IMG/VR virus record: IMGVR_UViG_3300023184_000103
Coordinates: 4,273-68,272 of that record
Length of the DNA stretch: 64,000 bases
From: a virus
Strand: one strand, 5' to 3'
Below are positions 9,879-18,690 of this stretch, in pieces (the stretch's first letter is position 1; each line of letters begins with the position of its first letter). The translations under genes and the position numbers were made by a program. The notes below the pieces were generated by a model. The model was not told the origin of the DNA. It made no database searches and saw only the letters and a program-made list of their open reading frames with translations.

Positions 9879-10640
9879 ATGAACAGCGGGGTTTACCACA
9901 TTAAAAATTTATCTACAGGTGTAGTCTATTACGGACGCACTATAGACTGGTCTTCTCGCCGCCGCAGGCATTTGTCAGACTTGAGAGCGGGTCGGCACAT
10001 GAACCCACGGCTTCAACATTCGTGGAGTACACGGACAGAAAAAGAGTTTGATTTTGCTCTTGTGTGGCCCTCTGAATCTGAAACATTGGATGAATTAGAG
10101 TCTTTTGTTTTGGATTTTACTTTTGACACAGGTAAGTTATATAACGCGCACAAAAACTCTGTAGGTGGGTTTCTTGGTCAGAAACATTCTGAAGAAACTA
10201 AACGCAAATGGGGTAATGCTAGGCGTGGAAAAAAAGCATCAGAGCAAGCCAAAGCAAGAATTAAAGAAGGCTTGTCAAAAAGTGAAAGTGCAAAAAAACA
10301 CCAAGTTTGGCTGCAAACCCCGGAGGTTATTGCAGACAGATGCACAAAAGCGGCTACGCCTGAAGTAAGGGCAAAAGCTGTTGCAACACGCAAAGCAAAT
10401 GGGCATGAGCCTAATTGGGAGCAAGCTAGGCAAAAACAAATTGAGATTGCAAGACAAAATCTATTTAAAGCCTTGGATTGGGCTGTTGAAAACGAGGCGA
10501 CACGCGACCAAGCTCTGGTTAGGTTTGGTAGTTCTTGGGGGTCATTAAAGAAGTTTCAGCCGGAATGGGAAGTCGTGAACGGCACTTTAAATCTTTCTAA
10601 ACGAGCATCCGGCACACGCTGGCACGAAAGGAAAAAGTAA
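9879..10640 (+). CDS. Free-standing GIY-YIG homing endonuclease with NUMOD3-like motifs
   Basis: SGVYHIKN...YYGRT...R...H..DL...H.N..LQ; GQKHSEETKRK; visibly A/T-richer than flanks. Confidence 0.85.
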   Translation: MNSGVYHIKNLSTGVVYYGRTIDWSSRRRRHLSDLRAGRHMNPRLQHSWSTRTEKEFDFALVWPSESETLDELESFVLDFTFDTGKLYNAHKNSVGGFLGQKHSEETKRKWGNARRGKKASEQAKARIKEGLSKSESAKKHQVWLQTPEVIADRCTKAATPEVRAKAVATRKANGHEPNWEQARQKQIEIARQNLFKALDWAVENEATRDQALVRFGSSWGSLKKFQPEWEVVNGTLNLSKRASGTRWHERKK

Positions 10641-10642
10641 TC

Positions 10643-11125
10643 ATGGAAATCCGAATCAGAGAATCAGGCTCAGTTGTATTTGACAACGAGTTCCGCACCT
10701 ACGCCCAGACGCAGGGTGCCGTTTTTGGTACACCGCTGACCGAGGAATTTATCAACCAATACGGTGGCGACATCGTGCTGGAAGGCCCACAGGCCACAAC
10801 CACACCGCCGTACCAGTACAGCCAACGCAGCGGGGTTGAACAGCTTGATGGCAAGTGGTACACCAAGTACATCGCTGGGCCTGTCTTTACAGACGGCGAG
10901 ACAACAGCTGCCGAACAAGAGGCTGCGTACAAGGCCATGAAAGACGCAGAGCAAGCCAAGTCTGTACGCACCAGCCGGGACGACAAGCTCAAGGACAGCG
11001 ATTGGACTCAGATTGCCGACAGCACTGCGGATAAAGCAGCATGGGCAACCTACCGCCAAGCACTGCGCGATATTACTGCACAAGCAGGATTTCCTTGGAC
11101 CATAACTTGGCCGGACGCACCATGA
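10643..11125 (+). CDS. Tail fibre assembly chaperone
   Basis: C-terminal R..RD..L..SDWTQ.AD....WATYRQALRDI..Q.GFP..I.WP signature. Confidence 0.85.
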   Translation: MEIRIRESGSVVFDNEFRTYAQTQGAVFGTPLTEEFINQYGGDIVLEGPQATTTPPYQYSQRSGVEQLDGKWYTKYIAGPVFTDGETTAAEQEAAYKAMKDAEQAKSVRTSRDDKLKDSDWTQIADSTADKAAWATYRQALRDITAQAGFPWTITWPDAP

Positions 11126-11292
11126 GCGATATTGACATCCGATTGACGAGCCATGAGGCAGTGTGTGCAGAACGGTATGCACAGATCAATGCGCGGCTCA
11201 AAAGGCTTGAGGGCGTGATTATGAAAACTACGGGTGTCTTAATCGTCTCTATGTCAGCCATCGTTTACGCATCTCTGACATTTGGGCGATGA
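11122..11292 (+). CDS. Small membrane protein (holin/XhlA-like)
   Basis: HEAVCAERY coiled coil plus C-terminal hydrophobic helix; ATGA overlap at 11122. Confidence 0.6.
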   Translation: MSDIDIRLTSHEAVCAERYAQINARLKRLEGVIMKTTGVLIVSMSAIVYASLTFGR

Positions 11293-11311
11293 TGTGGAAC
11301 AAAAGGGACAA

Positions 11312-11767
11312 ATGATTGACGTAACCAAAGCCATCGGAGCAGTCGCAGCCAGCATTGCAGCAATTGGCGGCGGTTACACGCTTGCCGACAAGTTTGGTTG
11401 GTTTGACCGGGCTATCCTTGAGTGGTCGCCTGAGAATTTTAAGATTACTGCGGCGGCTGGCCAGCCTATCAATGTGACAGTGGCCCGGATCAAGAAACGC
11501 GATGACTGCTCGGTAGAGAGCTTTACCCCAAGCGTCCGTGATGCGGCGGGTATGGTACATGAAGCAACGACAACGGCAAGCAAATTCAGCGGCCCAGCGG
11601 GGCCAACGATTGACACGTTTACTTACCAACTCACAATGGTAAGAAAAGAAAAGATTGCACCCGGCACAGCCACACTGCTGGCAACAATCAAATACAAATG
11701 CCCGGAGGGTGAGCGCGTTGTTCAATACCCCCGCCATGCCAACTTGAGTTTTGACCTAAAAGGCTGA
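11312..11767 (+). CDS. Lysis-cassette protein with N-terminal hydrophobic segment and beta-rich domain
   Basis: N-terminal AIGAVAASIAAIGGG; two Cys; lies in lysis cluster. Confidence 0.55.
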   Translation: MIDVTKAIGAVAASIAAIGGGYTLADKFGWFDRAILEWSPENFKITAAAGQPINVTVARIKKRDDCSVESFTPSVRDAAGMVHEATTTASKFSGPAGPTIDTFTYQLTMVRKEKIAPGTATLLATIKYKCPEGERVVQYPRHANLSFDLKG

Positions 11768-11769
11768 TC

Positions 11770-12261
11770 ATGCTAACTCTATTTTCAACCCTGATCTCCT
11801 TCCTCGCTGGTGGCCTGCCCAAGCTGCTTGGGTTCTTTCAAGATCGTGCCGACAAGAGCCATGAGTTGACTATGGCGCGACTTCAGACTGAACGTGAACT
11901 GGAACTCCGTAAAGCAGGTTTTGAAGCCCAACAAAGGGTAGAAGAGATCAGGGTAGAGGGCCAAGCCATTGAGGCAGAGGCATCAGAACGGGCTGCACTA
12001 TACGCACATGACATAGCTATTGGGCAAGGTGCCAGCCAGTGGATGGTCAATCTCCGCGCTGGTGTACGCCCTTTGCTGACGTATGGCTTCTTCCTGCTGT
12101 TTGCGTTTGTTGAAATCGGCGGGTTTGTTTACGCTTGGAACCACGGGGTGGCCTTTGATGTTTTGTTGACCAAGCTGTGGGACTCTGACACCCAGATCAT
12201 CTTTGCGTCAATCATCAGTTTTCATTTCGGGGGCAGAGCGTTTAAAGGCGGCAAGGAGTGA
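11770..12261 (+). CDS. Holin-like membrane protein (3TM/GTA-holin-like)
   Basis: W..NLRA.VRP..TY, hydrophobic segments, F.FG.R ending; precedes lysozyme. Confidence 0.7.
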   Translation: MLTLFSTLISFLAGGLPKLLGFFQDRADKSHELTMARLQTERELELRKAGFEAQQRVEEIRVEGQAIEAEASERAALYAHDIAIGQGASQWMVNLRAGVRPLLTYGFFLLFAFVEIGGFVYAWNHGVAFDVLLTKLWDSDTQIIFASIISFHFGGRAFKGGKE

Positions 12262-12731
12262 AAGTCTCCCAGCGGTGCAAAGAACTTATAAAGCACCACG
12301 AGGGGGTGCGGCTAAAGCCTTACCGTTGCCCAGCAAAACTTTGGACCATAGGAGTTGGCCATGTTTTATACCCCGATCAAGGTCGTTTACCACTGGATCA
12401 AAGAGACGCTTTCCCGCTTAAAGCGGAAGATAACCGCGTATTTTCAGGAGCCGAAGTAGATGGAATCCTTGGTGCTGATCTCCGCCGATTTGAGGTTGGG
12501 GTCGCCAAACTTTTTCCTATGGTGCTGGCCCAAGGTCAGTTTGATGCTCTGTGCAGCTTTGCTTTTAATCTTGGTTTGGGAGGAGTTCAGCGGTCAACGC
12601 TCCGTCAGAAGGTTCTTCGGGGAGAGGTGGAAGCGGCTGATGAGTTCTTGAAGTTTACACGGGGCGGGGGCAAAATCCTGCCAGGTTTAGTTAAACGCCG
12701 CAATGACGAACGAGCTTTATTTTTATCTTAG
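12258..12731 (+). CDS. Endolysin, GH24 phage lysozyme
   Basis: IKHHEG..L.PY.CPA..WTIG.GH, QFDAL.SF.FNLG, LPGLVKRR.DE..LF. Confidence 0.95.
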   Translation: MKVSQRCKELIKHHEGVRLKPYRCPAKLWTIGVGHVLYPDQGRLPLDQRDAFPLKAEDNRVFSGAEVDGILGADLRRFEVGVAKLFPMVLAQGQFDALCSFAFNLGLGGVQRSTLRQKVLRGEVEAADEFLKFTRGGGKILPGLVKRRNDERALFLS

Positions 12732-12740
12732 GAGAAACAA

Positions 12741-12887
12741 ATGAAACCCGGACTTTACGCAAACATCCACGCCAAGCAAGAACGCATTAAGGCTGGGAGC
12801 AAAGAGAAGATGAATAAGGTTGGTAGCAAGGCAGCACCTACTGCCAAAGATTTTAAAGACTCGGCAAAGACTGCCAAAAAGAAATGA
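12741..12887 (+). CDS. Small basic protein (48 aa, not in ORF track)
   Basis: AGGAG RBS; MKPGLYANIHAKQERIKAGSKEKM...KTAKKK; ATGA overlap with next gene. Confidence 0.75.
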   Translation: MKPGLYANIHAKQERIKAGSKEKMNKVGSKAAPTAKDFKDSAKTAKKK

Positions 12888-13159
12888 AAGAGTCTGGCAA
12901 AAATCCAAAGGGTGGCCTAAACGCTGCAGGTCGGGCTGCTTACCATTCAGAGACTGGCGGCACATTGAGGCCACCCGTCAAGGCCGGCGATAACCCACGT
13001 CGGGCATCCTTCTTAGCACGGATGGGCAATATGCCGGGTCCAGAACGCAAAGACGGCGAGCCCACTCGATTGTTGCTTAGCCTCAAAGCGTGGGGTGCTA
13101 GCAGCAAGGAAGATGCACGGTCTAAGGCCAAATCAATTTCTGCAAGGAATAAAAAATGA
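12884..13159 (+). CDS. Small basic conserved phage protein
   Basis: KNPKGGLNAAGRA...RRASFLARM...SLKAW. Confidence 0.7.
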   Translation: MKESGKNPKGGLNAAGRAAYHSETGGTLRPPVKAGDNPRRASFLARMGNMPGPERKDGEPTRLLLSLKAWGASSKEDARSKAKSISARNKK

Positions 13160-13169
13160 CGCTTGTTTC

Positions 13170-13214
13170 CCAAATTGGGTTTATAATTCTTATCTGAGCA
13201 TATGCTGCAACAGC
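13170..13214 (+). promoter_or_regulatory. Putative promoter (TATAAT 13182-13187) plus leader hairpin TGCTGCAACAGC
   Basis: Same motif pair with identical 15-nt spacing at 56932/56953. Confidence 0.55.
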
Positions 13215-13236
13215 TGCTGTCATCAACGAGGCAATT

Positions 13237-13869
13237 ATGGCATATGTGATGACCTACGATAGTTTGTTAGTAGACCTACGCCGATATTTAGAGCGCGGGT
13301 TTACTGAAGCTAGCGACCAAATTGTTTACCAGCAGCTGCCTAGGCTTGTGACCATGGGCGAGCGCAGGATTTCCCGCGAACTAAAGATTCAAGGGTTTAT
13401 TCGCGCAATCACTACCCCGTTGTCCGTTGGAGTAGCGGTATACCTCAAGCCTGACCGCTGGCGCGATACGGTGTCAATGACCGTGGATGGTATCCCCATT
13501 TATGCAAGATCCTACGAATACCTGCGCAACTATTGGCCCGTGGAGGCGACAACCGGCAATCCGGCGTACTACGCTGACTATGACTATCAGCACTGGCTGA
13601 TCACGCCGACGCCGGCTGCAGCCAAAACGCTAGAGATCCTGTACTACGAGCAGCCGCGGTTTCTTGGTGACGATTTCCAAACGAATTGGGTCACAGAGTA
13701 CATCCCAGATGTGCTGCTGTATGCCGCCTTGCTTGAGGCCACACCTTTCTTAAAAAATGATGAGCGAATCCAGACTTGGCAAGCCATGTATGACCGAGCA
13801 GCGCAAGCAGTAAATGGCGAAGATTTGAAGCGCATTCTTGACCGCTCAGCCAACCGGAGTGAAGCATAA
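13237..13869 (+). CDS. Head-to-tail adaptor-like protein, lineage B copy
   Basis: MTYDSL, G.P.YYADYD, PTP, LLYAALLEA.PFLKNDER. Confidence 0.75.
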   Translation: MAYVMTYDSLLVDLRRYLERGFTEASDQIVYQQLPRLVTMGERRISRELKIQGFIRAITTPLSVGVAVYLKPDRWRDTVSMTVDGIPIYARSYEYLRNYWPVEATTGNPAYYADYDYQHWLITPTPAAAKTLEILYYEQPRFLGDDFQTNWVTEYIPDVLLYAALLEATPFLKNDERIQTWQAMYDRAAQAVNGEDLKRILDRSANRSEA

Positions 13870-15071
13870 TGCCTATCTATAACGACGTGTTTGGCGGCGC
13901 AAACATATATCCAAGTGAGATCAGTTACTCCGCCGTTACGCTAAGTGCAGACATCACACTCAGCTGGCCAACTGAGGCGTCTACAAGTGTAAACCTTGCC
14001 ACTCGCATTATGGACGTGACCGCCACAGCCGGCAGTTACGTAATCACACTGCCTGACGCCAAAAAGACCGGCACCGGCCAGACCATCCTATTCAACAATC
14101 AAGGGTCTTTCACTTTTATTGTCAAAGATGCGGCAGGTGTACAGGTAGCATCAATTGCTTCTGCAACGATCTGGCAAATTTATTTAACGAACAACACGAC
14201 AGTTGCCGGCAGTTGGGAGACTTTGCAGTTTGGGTCTACCACCTCTACCGCAAATGCATCAGCGCTCGCTGGCACCGGTATCGTGGCTGTTGGGACTGTG
14301 TTATCACAGTCCGTGCCAATCACCAACTTCAATACGAGCTATACGGCTGGCGTCACTGATCGTGCCAAGATGTTTGTGTGGACAGGCTCAGGCAGTGGGA
14401 CATTGACGTTGCCATCCGCACCCACGATGGGTGATAACTGGTTCCTCTGCTTCCGCAATGGCGGCGGTGGATCTGTCACAGTAGATCCATCAGGAACCCC
14501 TCTCATCAATGGTGCGGCAACTTTAAATTTCAATCCAGGCGATTCAGCAATCATTGCTACCGATGGGGTTAACTACTTCACGATTGGATTTGGCCAGTCT
14601 TCAACCTTTGCGTTTGACTACACCTCAATTTCAATTGCCGGTACAGGTAACTACACTTTAACCGGATCAGAACTGAATCGTATTGCTTACAACTTTACCG
14701 GCGTTTTGACAGGGAATAGGGTAGTCATTGTCCCGGCTACGGTGCAGCAATATTGGGTGACAAACGCCACCACAGGCGCATACACGCTGACAGTAAAAAC
14801 ATCGGCTGGGACTGGCGTAACTATTGCAGCCGCTAGCAGAGGCATATTTTATTGCAATGGGACAGACGTTGTTGATGCTGATACCAGCACAGTGTCTGTT
14901 CCAATTTCAATTGCTGACGGTGGCACTGGGGCTACAACCGCTGGTGGTGCTCGTATCAACTTGGGCTCTACAGCTACTGGTGATGCCATCTTTATTGCGG
15001 CAACTCAGCAAGCAGCTTGGACAGCCCTAGGCATAGCGCCAGCAGGCGTTGTCGTTGGCGGGACATTCTAA
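13869..15071 (+). CDS. Tail fibre/baseplate protein
   Basis: Repeated TLTLP modules, ISIADGGTGATTA..AR.NLG, C-terminal GGTF. Confidence 0.7.
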   Translation: MPIYNDVFGGANIYPSEISYSAVTLSADITLSWPTEASTSVNLATRIMDVTATAGSYVITLPDAKKTGTGQTILFNNQGSFTFIVKDAAGVQVASIASATIWQIYLTNNTTVAGSWETLQFGSTTSTANASALAGTGIVAVGTVLSQSVPITNFNTSYTAGVTDRAKMFVWTGSGSGTLTLPSAPTMGDNWFLCFRNGGGGSVTVDPSGTPLINGAATLNFNPGDSAIIATDGVNYFTIGFGQSSTFAFDYTSISIAGTGNYTLTGSELNRIAYNFTGVLTGNRVVIVPATVQQYWVTNATTGAYTLTVKTSAGTGVTIAAASRGIFYCNGTDVVDADTSTVSVPISIADGGTGATTAGGARINLGSTATGDAIFIAATQQAAWTALGIAPAGVVVGGTF

Positions 15072-16907
15072 ATGCCAGTACCTACCGTTGTACTAAAGTC
15101 TGCTCCTGGAATTAAACGGGACGGGACTAAATTTGACGGTGATTTTTACACCGATGGCCAGTGGGTGCGGTTTCAGCGTGGGCTGCCCCGCAAGATTGGC
15201 GGCTATAGGTCAATCAATAAATATTTGTCTCAAATATCGCGGGGCTTTACCTCATTCACCCAACAGAGTTTGCAGTATTGCCACTCTGGTGGTACTAGCT
15301 CATTAGAGCGCTTTACGATTGACAGTAGCAAAAACAGTTCAATCATTAGCAGCCGTGTTCCGGTCGCTGTTTATGCAACAGGCACGATTACTTTATTGAC
15401 CGGCGCTGGTGGCTCAATCAATAGCGTGACAGTCAATGGTGTAACCATCACTTCAGGTTCTGTTGCCTATACGACTAGCCTAGCCGTTACAGCTACTGCC
15501 CTTGCGGCAAACATCACGGCGTTTACGTCATCGCCTGACTACACGGCTGTGGCTGTTGGCAACACGGTCACCATTACGGCAACTACTGCAAGTGCGTCTG
15601 TGAATGGTTTTGTTGTTGCTGCAACGCTGACCACACTTACGGCCTCAACAACCAACATGACAGGCGGTAGCGCAGCATTGGTGAACTCGGTGTACAACAA
15701 ATGGATGTTCCAGTACATGTACAGTGCGTCATCCACCGACAACTCAATCATTGCGCATGTAGCCCCTAATGGTCAATGTATATGTAATGATGCTGGTGGC
15801 CAGATCTTTATTGGTGATGTTTTAACGACTGCCCCTTTAACCGAAATTCTTCTGCCTTCTGGGGCCAATGCAACTGGCGGCATCGTATCTCTACACCCTT
15901 ACTTGTTTTACTATGGCACAGCAGGGATTGTGGGTTGGTCTGTGCCAGGAAGCCCTAATGATTTATCTGGTTCCGGTTCTGGCATTGCTCGCGTATGGGG
16001 GCAAAAGATTGTTAAAGGTATGCCGCTGAGAGCAGGCTCAGGTTCTGCTCCTGCTGGTTTATTCTGGGCTTATGACGCTGTAATCCGTGCCACATTTTCA
16101 GGCGGTACTACCGTATTCCAGTTTGACGTGATTGCTACCGACACATCAATCATGTCTGAGGACTGTGTGGTTGACTACGACGGTGTGTTTTTCTGGGCCG
16201 GTGTTGATCGATTCTTGATGTTTAACGGAGTTGTCCGTGACGTACCAAACACGCTGAATCAAAACTGGTTCTTCAACAATTTGAACGAGAGCCAGCGCAG
16301 CAAAGTGTTTGCTTTCAAGATGCCGTACTATGGTGAGATCTGGTGGTGTTACCCACGGGATGACGCTACAGAATGCACGCATGCGGTCATCTACAACGTT
16401 CGTGAGCAGACTTGGTATGACACAGCGTTGCCAACATCAGGCCGCAGTGCAGGTGGTTTTAACAACGCTTTTGCATCACCTTTGCTGGTAGACGCATTGC
16501 CTGCAACAAGCGGCTATCGTGTCTGGATTCACGAGCAAGGCACGGACGAAATTGATGGCACCACATCAGCGCCTGTCCAGTCATACTTTGAAACTGCTGA
16601 CTTGTCATCGCTTGTCCAGGGCAATGACGCACGACTTCGCATCACTACGATTGAACCTGATTTCATTCAGTCTGGCCCAATGAGCGTGCAGGTAACAGGC
16701 CGCGCTAATGCTAGGGCTCCGGAGGTGCTTAGTCAGCAGTGGATTTTTGAAGAAACAGCTACGCAGCCTTATGAGCAAATTGTCATGATGAAGGAAATGC
16801 GCCGAGAGTTGCGGGTGCGTTTTGAATCTAACGCTGTGGGTGGAAACTACCAGATGGGCCAAATTATTGGCCACATTGATTCTGGCGACCGGACGGTGTT
16901 GGAATGA
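15072..16907 (+). CDS. Tail nozzle/stabilisation protein (P22 gp10-like)
   Basis: PGI.RDGT, WVRF..G.PRKIGG, EIWW.YP, beta-propeller-like composition; Thr/Ala-rich insert near 15360-15680. Confidence 0.7.
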   Translation: MPVPTVVLKSAPGIKRDGTKFDGDFYTDGQWVRFQRGLPRKIGGYRSINKYLSQISRGFTSFTQQSLQYCHSGGTSSLERFTIDSSKNSSIISSRVPVAVYATGTITLLTGAGGSINSVTVNGVTITSGSVAYTTSLAVTATALAANITAFTSSPDYTAVAVGNTVTITATTASASVNGFVVAATLTTLTASTTNMTGGSAALVNSVYNKWMFQYMYSASSTDNSIIAHVAPNGQCICNDAGGQIFIGDVLTTAPLTEILLPSGANATGGIVSLHPYLFYYGTAGIVGWSVPGSPNDLSGSGSGIARVWGQKIVKGMPLRAGSGSAPAGLFWAYDAVIRATFSGGTTVFQFDVIATDTSIMSEDCVVDYDGVFFWAGVDRFLMFNGVVRDVPNTLNQNWFFNNLNESQRSKVFAFKMPYYGEIWWCYPRDDATECTHAVIYNVREQTWYDTALPTSGRSAGGFNNAFASPLLVDALPATSGYRVWIHEQGTDEIDGTTSAPVQSYFETADLSSLVQGNDARLRITTIEPDFIQSGPMSVQVTGRANARAPEVLSQQWIFEETATQPYEQIVMMKEMRRELRVRFESNAVGGNYQMGQIIGHIDSGDRTVLE

Positions 16908-17134
16908 CCACCGTAACACGCCCATCGTACATGCAGCTTAATGATTGGGCCGACCAGATCGCGCTTGATTTAGATAGTTATGGTGCCTTTGGTAGGTTGG
17001 ACAAGGATGGAAACTGGCAAGACTGGGCTATGCAATTTTTGAACAATACCTCACTTGGCCATAATTTTCCAAGACCATACGACTTTAAAGATTGGCGTGA
17101 GTGGGCAGAACGTTTCTGCCAGACTTTGTCATAG
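16904..17134 (+). CDS. Small Trp-rich conserved protein
   Basis: WQDWA...P.PY.F.DWREWA; overlaps upstream stop. Confidence 0.7.
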   Translation: MTTVTRPSYMQLNDWADQIALDLDSYGAFGRLDKDGNWQDWAMQFLNNTSLGHNFPRPYDFKDWREWAERFCQTLS

Positions 17135-17142
17135 GACAAAAA

Positions 17143-18690
17143 ATGAATAAGCAGCAAATCTTAGATTTAGCCAAAAAAGACCCACGCTTTTCGCAAGCAG
17201 TGCTTGCCGTTGAGCAAAAAATGGGTGACACAGACATTGCGCCTGAGCAGCTTGATGAGATGGTCAAGATGCTTGAGTTTGCGCTCAACAACAAAGACCG
17301 ATACCCAGAAATTAGGGAAGCTCTGATCAAAGACAAGCTGGTTCATGCTGAGGACATGCCTGAGCAATTTAACCCTGTGGTCTTGATCTCCGTGCTAGTC
17401 GTGTTGTATGGCTTGCAAGAGAGGTCTAAGCAACAAATGGCTCGTGGCGGCCTAGCATCTGCCGCCCGTCAGCTTCGCAGAGCAGGGCGCAGTGGCGACA
17501 CGATGCTAGCGCACATCAATCCACGTGAAGCCCAGATGTTGCAGCAAGCTGGTGGCAGCGGGACAATCAATCCAGGCACCGGATTGCCAGAATACTTTGA
17601 TTTTGGTGACTTGTTTAAAGTGGTTTTGCCGTTTGCTATAGATCTTATTGCGCCCGGAATTGGAACTACGCTGGGTACAGCCCTTGGTGCTTCTGCATCA
17701 TTTGCTCCGGCTCTAGGCGGTGCATTGATTGGTGCTGGCACATCAGCCATAACCGGCGGCAATCCGCTTCAGGGTGCAATCATGGGTGGCATGAGCGGAG
17801 GTCTTGGCAATAACCTTGGACAAATGTTTGCCCCCAACGCAACAGCAGCCACTCAGGGTCTACTTGGTAGTGGGCTTGCTGGGGCTGTGGGTGGTATGGC
17901 TACTGGTCGCGGCCCATTGGAGGGTGCCGTTCAAGGGGCTTTAGGAAGCTATCTTGGGAATGCAGTAGCGGGTACAGGAGCTCAGGGAGCCCTTGGCACA
18001 GGCTTAGCTGCTGGCAGTGAGAATTTCAAGAATGCAATGGTAGCTGGCTACGACCCACAGACGGCTTTGGCCGGAGGTGCTTTGTCAGGCTTGGCTTCAG
18101 GCATGCTTAAACCGTCGCAAGCCGCAGTTGATGACTTAGCCAAACCAGCTAGTAGCTCGGCAAAATCAGGGTTTGGTCTTGACAAAATAGGTGCTTTACT
18201 GCCGCTTGCTGGACTGATGTCTACTGGGTCATCGGAAGCTCAGCAAGCTGTGAAATCTATGTCGCCTGAGCAACAAGAATATTTTAACCGACCGTCCATC
18301 AAATGGGATTGGCCCAAGATGCAACGGGATGCTGCAAACGCAAACATGAGCCTCTCGCAATACATGGCTCAGAATTGGCCTCAAGTTACTTCAGGAACTT
18401 ATAATAAGCCTACTGGCATGGCCAAAGGTGGCCCACTGTCGCAGATTGCTTATTTTGCCAAAGGCTCAGGGACTGGTCGTGATGACACGATTGATGCAAG
18501 GCTGAGCGACGGCGAGTATGTAATTGACGCAGAAACTGTTGCTTTACTCGGAGACGGATCTAGCAAAGCCGGAGCACAAAAACTTGACCAAATGCGCCAA
18601 GAAATCCGGAAGCACAAAGGCAAAGCATTGGCAGCAGGTAAAATTAGTTCTGATGCCAAGTCTCCACTTTCTTACATTCGGGGGATATGA
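17143..18690 (+). CDS. Putative internal virion/ejection protein
   Basis: AGGA RBS before 17143; GDTMLAHINP.EA..L...GGSGTINP.TGLPEY; glycine-zipper hydrophobic middle; G.DD.IDARLSDGEYV.DAETV. Confidence 0.7.
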   Translation: MNKQQILDLAKKDPRFSQAVLAVEQKMGDTDIAPEQLDEMVKMLEFALNNKDRYPEIREALIKDKLVHAEDMPEQFNPVVLISVLVVLYGLQERSKQQMARGGLASAARQLRRAGRSGDTMLAHINPREAQMLQQAGGSGTINPGTGLPEYFDFGDLFKVVLPFAIDLIAPGIGTTLGTALGASASFAPALGGALIGAGTSAITGGNPLQGAIMGGMSGGLGNNLGQMFAPNATAATQGLLGSGLAGAVGGMATGRGPLEGAVQGALGSYLGNAVAGTGAQGALGTGLAAGSENFKNAMVAGYDPQTALAGGALSGLASGMLKPSQAAVDDLAKPASSSAKSGFGLDKIGALLPLAGLMSTGSSEAQQAVKSMSPEQQEYFNRPSIKWDWPKMQRDAANANMSLSQYMAQNWPQVTSGTYNKPTGMAKGGPLSQIAYFAKGSGTGRDDTIDARLSDGEYVIDAETVALLGDGSSKAGAQKLDQMRQEIRKHKGKALAAGKISSDAKSPLSYIRGI

